12,332 nucleotides of DNA from assembly GCA_051294375.1 (NCBI GenBank), contig JBJCIZ010000930.1, positions 1 through 12,332 on the forward strand. Reading direction: 5' to 3'. The notes beneath the pieces are model-generated. The model was not told the origin of the DNA and did no database searches. It worked only from the letters and a program-made list of their open reading frames with translations. The position numbers and the translations under genes were made by a program. This document shows positions 1 through 7,460 of the stretch, in pieces; the first letter of the stretch is position 1; every line of letters starts with the position of its first letter. Source of the DNA: Paraspadella gotoi. Lineage: Eukaryota; Animalia; Chaetognatha.

Positions 1-2
1 AT

Positions 3-1583
3 GCCGAATCGTCCAAAGGAAAACGTACAAAAGATTCGGATACTGAACACTGGTCGCTGCGAATCGCGCGGCAGTGCTCAAATTCACATAAAAAACTTCG
101 TTTGATCGCGACGATAAAATCCGTGATCATGAACTGGATAGAGTGGAGAAAAGCATTGCGCCATGACGCAGATGCTAAACCAAAAAAGATGAAATGGTTA
201 AACCTAAATGACCTAAAAGAAGCTGAAATCATTCAATGCCGAGCATTACAACGCCGCTATTTCCCGGATGAATACCGTCAACTCAGAGAAAAAAATGTAC
301 GCTTCCCAGATGCGAGAGCTGAACTGACGCAGACGAGATCTCCGCTACGCCAGCTCAACCCATTCTTAGATACTGAAGATGTTATACGAATTGGCGGCCG
401 GATAGGAAAAGCGGACTTGTCATATGAGACTCGACACCCGATCGTGCTCCCAAAAAATGACCCGATCGTACGTGATTATATTTGCTATATACATGAGCAA
501 GAAGCTCATGCGGGCGTTGAACATGTTCTCGCGAAGATCCGGCGCCGTTTTCATATCCCGTCAATGCGCCAGGCCGTGAGATCCGCCCTCAAAAAATGCG
601 TCAGCTGCCAGAAAAATTTCCGCCCCCCGGCGACACAAAAAATGGGCGATATACCCGAAGACCGCTTGACCATCGGAGAACCGTTTTCAGTGGTCGGTGT
701 TGACATTTTTGGCCCCTTCCATGTCGTCCACGGTGGCCGGGGCAGCGCCAAACGTTGGGTAGCCTTGTACACGTGTTTTAAATCCAGAGCCGTTCACCTA
801 GAAGTTTTACATGATCTATCTTCTTCCTCATTTATTAATTCAATAATCCGGTTCAATTCCCGCCGCCCCGGAACGAAAAAATTCTATAGTGATAATGGAA
901 CGAACTTACGTGGAGCGGACACGGAATTGAAAGCGGCAGTAACAAGATGGAGAGAAGAACAAGTTCATAAAAAGATGATAGAATATGGGGTTGAATGGGT
1001 TTTCGGTCCTCCCCATGCCCCGCAATGGGGCGGCGTGTGGGAGAGACTTGTACAATCTACGAAAAAACATTTAACCGCAATTCTGAAAAAAGATAAACTA
1101 CAACTAGAAGTGCTAACAACAGCACTAGCTTCGGTTGAAAGTATACTAAACCGCCGCCCGTTAACGCGAATCGGCGAAGATCCACGTGACATGGAAGCTT
1201 TGACGCCAGCCACAATTCTCTACCCGAGCGTCTATGCGCCCTCGAGAGCAATAATTGTGCCTCCAGAATCCGTCGACGGCGACGCCTTGAGGAGCACTTG
1301 GAAACAGGCGAGACGTTTGAGTGAAGATTTTTGGGATCGGTGGAAACATGAATATGTAGTTACACTTCAACAGCGTCAAAAATGGAAAACGACACAGGAA
1401 AATTTAAAAGAAAATCAACTGGTTTTAATGGTAGACGAATTAAAATCACGGGACCAATGGAGATTAGCGCAGATCATTGACGCTGGGGAAGGTACGCATG
1501 TGAGACGCGTTCTTGTACGCACAGCTGATGATAAAGTCTATGAACGTGATCGTAATAAACTTGTACCTCTTGAATGTGACTAG
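3..1583 (+). CDS. pol: BEL/Pao Pol polyprotein, C-terminal part (post-RNase H linker, integrase HHCC finger, DDE core, DUF5641-like tail); 5'-partial
   Basis: The frame is open from position 3 (AESSKGKRTKDSDTEHWSLRIARQCSNSHKKLRLIA...), so 102 is not the true start. Family-typical motifs: LNPFLD..IRIGGR, HPIVLP, H(492)-X4-H(507)...C(597)xxC(606), VGVD(702)IFGPF, RAVHLE, SD(891)NGTN, PHAPQWGGVWE(1041)RLV, LNRRPLT, ALTP, FWDRWKHEY..LQQRQKW. The second D and the E are 49 residues apart, longer than the canonical DD35E spacing, as is usual for BEL integrases. No stops or frameshifts. Confidence 0.96.
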   Translation, partial: AESSKGKRTKDSDTEHWSLRIARQCSNSHKKLRLIATIKSVIMNWIEWRKALRHDADAKPKKMKWLNLNDLKEAEIIQCRALQRRYFPDEYRQLREKNVRFPDARAELTQTRSPLRQLNPFLDTEDVIRIGGRIGKADLSYETRHPIVLPKNDPIVRDYICYIHEQEAHAGVEHVLAKIRRRFHIPSMRQAVRSALKKCVSCQKNFRPPATQKMGDIPEDRLTIGEPFSVVGVDIFGPFHVVHGGRGSAKRWVALYTCFKSRAVHLEVLHDLSSSSFINSIIRFNSRRPGTKKFYSDNGTNLRGADTELKAAVTRWREEQVHKKMIEYGVEWVFGPPHAPQWGGVWERLVQSTKKHLTAILKKDKLQLEVLTTALASVESILNRRPLTRIGEDPRDMEALTPATILYPSVYAPSRAIIVPPESVDGDALRSTWKQARRLSEDFWDRWKHEYVVTLQQRQKWKTTQENLKENQLVLMVDELKSRDQWRLAQIIDAGEGTHVRRVLVRTADDKVYERDRNKLVPLECD

Positions 1584-1768
1584 ATCCGCTATTAAATTTG
1601 TATATTCACTACCCAATTGTGTATATTACGTAAATATTTCCCTTCTCCCCCCTCTTCCCTTCTGTTTTTTGGACTTTTGTTTTTTTTTTTTTTTTTTGTG
1701 GATTAAATGGATAACTCGGAATCGAATTATAAGTATAAAACTGATCTATGAACTGGACTCCAGCTCTT

Positions 1769-1814
1769 AATAAACATACACATTTGTAAATCTGTTGTAA
1801 CAAAAATAAATAAA
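1769..1814 (+). promoter_or_regulatory. AATAAA cluster between pol and the second gene (possible polyadenylation signals)
   Basis: AATAAA at 1769 and overlapping AATAAATAAA at about 1805-1814, followed by T/GT-rich sequence. The AT-rich background makes chance matches likely. Confidence 0.3.
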
Positions 1815-1914
1815 TGTTGATTGACTTTGATATTTCTGGATTTCCAAATAATCATACTAATCATATTTTTACGTTTATCAAATCCAGAGTTTCTTTGCTA
1901 ATAAATACAACGAA

Positions 1915-2978
1915 ATGGCTCAGCCAATTCGCCAATCAGCACCGCGTTTTTTCCAACTGAATGTGCCGGGTAGCGGAACCACCGTAGTGACCTTTCACCC
2001 TATGGCAATAGGCCCGGCTTCAGCATGGATTGCCTTCGGCAGGCGTCGCAACGCCCCATCAGTTTATGCTATCCTCGAGTCGATGTCCTCCGACTCAATC
2101 GTACGCGAACTCCGTGCTTGGGCCGAGACAGGAGATATATCAGCCCTATCCCCTCCCCCTGGAACTGCCAACATGATATGGGATCTTCGCGCAGCAACCG
2201 GACGCCCTATTAGCATCGTGGACCGCGCAGAATGGAATACCGGGAGATCCATCAATCCAGGCCCGGATGCCATTGTCACCACCTTACAAAGTGGAATGTA
2301 CGCCGACCTCGAGGAAGCTCGACGCTCTCTCTCCGCTGCCCTTTCCCGCAGAGATAGGCCCGTACACCGAACATCAAGCGCCGACCGATCCGCTTCAACA
2401 AGGCCTTCTCCATTTCAACCCCCACCACGCGCGCTTGCCCCCCCCCCTCTGATGCCGTCGGGATCTCCGGCGAAGAATCCAGAGGTTAGGGTGGAATCAG
2501 AACCAAGAAACCCGAATCCAAGGAGAGAGATGCCAGATACAAAAGTGAAACAGAAACGCACGGGCAAACGTCTGGAAAGAAGTCAACAACGAATGCAGAA
2601 ATTTGTGCAAAAATTAAAAGAGAACACAGAGACCGAGTCGGCCTCAAACCCCCCATCGATCTCTACACTGGCCGATCCGCGGCCAATACCAATGGATCAG
2701 GATTCCAATCCCTTTAATCTACGACCTCTTCGACAATCCCCCCCAATTAAGTCTGGACATTCCGGCTCTTCCGACATACTCATATACAGACCTATCTCTA
2801 CGAAAAGCTGGTCTGAACAAGTAGAAGAAGCACACAAAGGAAACCAAAAGAAACGTGACATCGAGATCGATCACGACCCATCGACCGGAATTACCGGGCA
2901 TGTTCCTATGCATACGCCAAAAGCGACATCGACGCCGATTCGTGACACAACTTCGCCAATGAAGACGGGGGATCAGAG
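1915..2978 (+). CDS. Exon 1 of a predicted 668-aa protein of unknown function (candidate retroelement accessory protein)
   Basis: ATG in good context (cGaaATGG) at a sharp AT-rich to GC-balanced transition, then more than 1 kb of open frame. The first ~145 aa look globular; the rest is Pro/Ser/Arg-rich. Composition returns to AT-rich at the proposed donor AG|GTTTTT (2979). Confidence 0.75.
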
Positions 2979-3061
2979 GTTTTTTCTAAGCATGATAAAC
3001 AAACAGATATAAAAATAAATTTAGTTTTATCTTTGTGTATTAAAAATTATTATTTCTTTAG
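2979..3061 (+). other. Predicted 83-nt spliceosomal intron, phase 2
   Basis: GT at 2979-2980, AT-rich interior, TTATTTCTTTAG acceptor ending at 3061. Removal gives AG+G (Arg) followed by CGT GAA in the frame of ORF 3033-4004. The donor is a weak consensus match. Confidence 0.72.
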
Positions 3062-4004
3062 GCGTGAAATTCGTATTATCCCTAATAATGGACCGGAACC
3101 CGTGATCAACGTGACCCTCAAGGAGGTCCCGGAAGATTGGCTGGAGACAACTGTCAGCGAAAGACGAAAACGCGATTTCGGCTCCGAATCAGATTCAGGA
3201 GCAGAAAGCGAAGCTACATTGACGAATCAGACTGCTCCTCCCGCCCAAGTTCAACCATTGCAGTCAACCCCTATCGAAGCACCAATCAAATGGGGTCTAC
3301 CACCAGCAGAAAGGAAGGAGGCCCTCGATAAATATAACAAAGACCAGGAAGAACTTTTCAATTCCGGGAAGATGTCAAGGCGCGACAGGGAAAGGTGGCA
3401 GGACTATAAGGAGTGGATTAAGTCGCAAGAATCTGCCACGTTTAAAAGACCTCAACCCCTTCCGCCACGAAAGAAGAAGATGCCCCTTCCCCCTCACCGC
3501 GGACATCCGCAGTCATTTTCTTCCTCGATCGACGACAACAGATTCCGTTGTCGTGATGTGCGGGAGGAATTCCGTGCAACCGCCATCACTTTCGTCGAAA
3601 ATGCGTCGGAAAAACCAGACGCAAATCCCCAGCAAAATGAACCTGCGACCGTGGTGAGCGAGATTACGACCGCGGTTTCCCCAAACGTCGATGTAATTCC
3701 GACGGAATCTGCGGAGACCCCCGATATCCTCTTCCCTTCACACATATCGTCACCCAACTCTTCTTTCAATACGACAGCATCAACAATAAATATCGCGGAG
3801 TCATCGGCAGATCCAACTCTCCTTTCTTCCGCCAACGAGTCATTTGACTCTGCATGTTCGACTTGTACACAGCCGGCATACACGATGCCAGGATTGGAAA
3901 GAATCTCGTCGCTCCCTCTTTTGCATATAACTCCAGAACGGGAACGTGCCTTGCTCGGAGAGGACGAAAACGATGAAAGAATGGACGACGACGACGATCT
4001 GTGA
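3062..4004 (+). CDS. Exon 2 of the predicted 668-aa protein
   Basis: Open frame of 943 nt whose track start is only a TTG inside AT-rich sequence. Contains a charged, Trp-containing segment (KWGLPPAERKEALDKY...RWQDYKEWIK), basic clusters (RRKR, PRKKK), a Ser/Thr-rich region and an acidic tail (EDENDERMDDDDL). Confidence 0.75.
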
Positions 4005-4547
4005 GAGAGGTTCGACACGTCTTTTCTTTTTGGACCCGGACACGTTTAAGGACTCGAATTACGGAAAATGGACTCGCTTTTATATTTGGAACCATGACGG
4101 CTTTACAAGTTAAGATTGTACTCGCCAACAAACCCGCCGGTTCGAGCTCGAGCCATAGGGGATCCTAGACGGTCGGATTTCCGACTACCAGGATCCTTCT
4201 TGAAGATAAGGCCCCACTTGTAAAGCAGGTAGCTCGTTTTCTTTTTTCTCTATCATAAAGTCAGATGAACTGGTGACATTTTATTCAAATTCGTAAAACC
4301 GCGTCAACCCTTTTTTTTTTTTTTTCTTTTTTTCCTTTTTTACAATTGAAGATCTAATTGAAAACCACAGCAGTAGCGTTTACTTATATCGGAACTCCGA
4401 TGATTATTGCTGTCGGAATTCCGACGTTATAGTTTGAAAGAAAGACGCAGTTTTTTTTATTTTTGTAGGATGTATTCATGTTTATTAATTTTCTTTGTTA
4501 ATCATGTAACGAGATTCGAAATTGATATAGAACCTGTTAACTGTTAA

Positions 4548-4553
4548 AATAAA
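4548..4553 (+). promoter_or_regulatory. Possible polyadenylation signal for the spliced gene
   Basis: First AATAAA I see downstream of the stop at 4004, with T-rich sequence after it. Confidence 0.3.
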
Positions 4554-4736
4554 ACGATCATTAAATTTGATTATTGCGTTTACAGACGGGCCCTAAATAT
4601 TTTCATTAAGGTTAAGTTTATTTCTATTTCATTTTTCTATTTTCATTCCTTTACCCCCTCACCCCCTCATTTTTTTTTCCTCTTTTTCGATTTTTTTTTC
4701 TTTCCTTTTCCTCTCTCTCCTTTCTCATTTCATTTA

Positions 4737-4795
4737 TTTTTTTTTTTTTTTTTCTTTTTTCTTTCTTTCTTTCTTCTTCTTCTTCTTCTTCTTCT
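4737..4795. repeat. Poly-T grading into a (TTC)n microsatellite
   Basis: Directly visible. Other poly-T tracts lie at about 1680-1697 and 4311-4341. Confidence 0.9.
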
Positions 4796-4874
4796 CATTT
4801 TCAATTTTTTCACCTCCTCTTGCATCATCTTTCCCGATCAAGGGCAAACTTAGCCGCTTTCCCTTTGGGAAATC

Positions 4875-4900
4875 GGGTGGGGGTGATGAGAGATGGCACT
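4875..4900 (+). other. Candidate polypurine tract and start of 3' LTR
   Basis: GGGTGGGGGTGA (4875-4886) followed by TGAGAGATGGCACT. It is an isolated G-run after a long pyrimidine-rich tract and is followed by TG. The other LTR copy is outside the window, so the LTR end cannot be placed. Confidence 0.42.
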
Positions 4901-5127
4901 TATTTTTCTCATTTTACATCATTAAGAGAGAGATTTCAATATCTCATATCCGTTCATGAAACAACGTGGAGGAAGGAAGATTTGTATGAGTCGGTCCGTC
5001 TGTCCCATCTGCGCTTACAGTTTCCCTACTGTTCCCTTACTCTTACTCGTTCTTGGAATTCAAATTAATAATTTTATGGCTTAGGCATCGACTCTCTTAT
5101 TGAGTAATTAAAAAAAGGAAGTCGAAA

Positions 5128-5177
<50 letters not shown>

Positions 5178-5226
5178 GAGAGAGAGAGGAGAGAGAGAGA
5201 AGAGAGAGAGGGAGAGAGAAGAGAGA
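5128..5226. repeat. Interrupted (GA)n microsatellite
   Basis: Directly visible, about 100 bp. Confidence 0.97.
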
Positions 5227-5875
5227 ATGGGAATGAATATTATGCAAAGGGGGGCGTCGTCGTAAGCAAAGGAATGAGACTGAGTGACGCTTCTTGGCTT
5301 TCACCTTGCTGTCAACTATTGACTGTCGCTTGTCTTTTCTCGAACGTTGACTGTCGACCCGACTTGAGATCTTTAACATCTTTTCCCCTTTTCAGTTTCG
5401 GATCCCGATTGCGGAAGAATCCTCGATCGTTTTTAAAATCAATCTGTCCGCTCGAACAATCGCGCCTTCGAAATTACTCGCTCAAGATTTTTTTTCTTTT
5501 TTTCCGGCCCTAATCCTAGTTCTTTTTTTCCCCCTTTTTCACAGAAGGTCTTACCGAACACTCCCTGCCGGCTTCACTCTTGCGAGGGCGATGGGTTTCT
5601 GCTTCGGCAACGACAACGAACAACACCACAACGACCACGACCAAAACGACATTCAAATTCGATGCAGTGTCCAAAGGTGCAGCGGGACATCTATCCTAGG
5701 AAATTAAACTGCGTCGTCGAGTCGTTTGTCGGTAGTCGTCGTTCTTTATTGTTTCTTATCGTTTGTTAAATTATTTTTTTCCCCATCCTAAAAATCAATG
5801 TTAATCATTAAATTTTGGTGATAAAAAATATAAATCCAATTATAAGTTGGAGAGACATGGTACACAACGAGATGG

Positions 5876-5904
5876 TAATTAATTAATTAATTAATTAATT
5901 AATA
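5876..5904. repeat. (TAAT)n microsatellite, self-complementary
   Basis: About 7 tandem TAAT units directly after GATG|G. Confidence 0.93.
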
Positions 5905-6424
5905 TTGATTAATTTAAAAACGATTTGTATTAACTTATTCAACAAATTAATAAAGGAACGGCCTGCGTCTGCAAACTTTCTCTCCGACCAGCGCCGCTGA
6001 CTGACCCGCGCCCCCGCGTCGACGGTGTTTCATCATCGCACTCCCGACGGCTGGTCTCCATCCATGGCTCCGACGCATGTCGAGAAGACGAAAACGTCTT
6101 CGCGACGCCGGCGGCCGGCCGCGGGCTGATCGTACGGTGCGGCGCTGACTGCTACGCCCGCTGCGCGCCACAACGCTGGCGCTTTATCGACGTGGAACGC
6201 GCCGGACCTCGAATACCTTTCAAAAAATTTTAATCATCCTCTGGGCGGATTTCGATCGAACGGGGGAAGAGATGGGGGGGGAAATGGTGGAGGAGATGGC
6301 GGAGGAGATTGCGGAGAAATGGGGGAGAAGATGGGGGAGAGATGGGAGAAGAATATAGGAATGAGACGAGAGAGGAATTCAAGAAACTCTACAGAAAACG
6401 GAGGAGAAGAAAAGATAGGAGAGG

Positions 6425-6810
6425 AAAAGGAATCGAGGGCGACCGGGAAGAGATGATAAGAGAAAAAAAGGGAAAGACGTGAAGTGAGATGGAAATGAGA
6501 CCAAAGTAGATGGAAAGAAGAGGAATGAGAATTGGAAGAGGGAGATGGGAGAGGAAGGATTCTTGAGGGCGACTGGAAAGAAGATGATAAAGGAAAAAAA
6601 AGGGATAAAGACGTGAGTGCAGAATGGGAAATGGAGACTCGAGTGAGATGGAAAGATAGAGGAGGCGAAAGGAAAAAGGGAATGGGAGAAGAAAGGATCT
6701 CGAGGGCGACCTGGGAAGAGATGATAAAGGGAAAAAAGGGAAAAGAACGTGGAGGGAGATGGGAAATAAACTCGAAGTGAAGATGGGAGAGGAGAAGGAG
6801 AAGAGAAGAA
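6425..6810. repeat. Degenerate tandem repeat, three copies of a ~130-137 bp purine-rich unit
   Basis: The anchor GAGGGCGAC occurs at 6435, 6565 and 6702. Each is followed by AGATGATAA, an A-run plus GGGA, ACGTG and ATGG(G)AAAT. Confidence 0.88.
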
Positions 6811-6889
6811 AAAATGATAGAAGGAATTCAAGTGACGAAAGAGAGAAGGAAGAGAGAGGAGAATTGACGATAGATTTTAGGACGAAACG

Positions 6890-7460
6890 ATTGAATTATA
6901 GATTTAAAGAACAAACGGAGAAGAATGAGGGAGGAAGAAGTAAGAGAAATGAAGAATGAAACCGTTAGGAGTATGAGAATTGAATTAAAGAGGATTTAAA
7001 GAACAAGGACGGTTAAATAACAAGAAAAATGAATTCCCAGAGGATTTGTAAGAAATAAGACAGAAAGAGAAAAGAGCGAAAATTAAGCAGTTTTAAGATG
7101 AAACGATGAAGAAAATGAAAGGAGGATCAAGAGGGATTCAAACGAACAAAAACGGTAAAAGAGATGAGAGGAAAATTGAATAGATGACTTAAGATGATAC
7201 AGCGAGGATATGGGAAGAGACAAGAATGAAACGAACGATACCAAAAGAGATGAAGACAGAGAATCACAAAAGGATTTAAAGAACGAACATTGATTGTTAG
7301 GGGAAGTAGAATTTACAGAGAATTTGCAGGAACGAGAATTAGAGGAGATCGACGCAAGATATTTAAAAGAACGAAAACTTTAAACACAGAGTATTCCAAG
7401 AACGAAATTAGAAAAAGATTTACGGAGGATTTAAAGAACGAAAACGACGAAGGAACGAAA
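6890..7460. repeat. Degenerate purine-rich minisatellite with a GATTTAAAGAAC core, spacing roughly 45 or 90 bp
   Basis: GATTTAAAGAAC at about 6901, 6993, 7273 and 7428, with variants at about 7043, 7135, 7320 and 7361. Confidence 0.7.

Larger units (their letters stand above)
1..4886 (+). mobile_element. BEL/Pao (Belpaoviridae) LTR retrotransposon, 3' part of the internal region; begins left of the window, right boundary inferred from a candidate PPT
   Basis: BEL-type integrase and C-terminal domain at the end of the pol frame. Family assignment is strong for 1-1583. Extension to 4886 is inference: no PPT directly follows pol, and the first PPT-like tract followed by TG that I could find is at 4875-4888. 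Confidence 0.65.

Noticed and set aside
1599-1802. TGT...AATAAA...TAACA segment as the 3' LTR directly after pol
   Set aside because: No polypurine tract precedes it, and TG/CA ends are common by chance. Not fully excluded; if true, the spliced gene would lie outside the element.
1915-4004. The second gene as an env glycoprotein (RRKR looks like a furin site)
   Set aside because: No signal peptide, transmembrane helix or Cys-rich ectodomain is evident, and the composition is disordered and charged.
382-4131. Short and antisense ORFs overlapping pol and the second gene (e.g. 3494-4018 minus)
   Set aside because: Shadow frames of the real coding sequence with no recognisable motifs.
6425-7460. 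Repeat-spacer pattern as a CRISPR-like array
   Set aside because: The units are degenerate along their whole length with no unique spacers, the context is eukaryotic and no cas genes are present.
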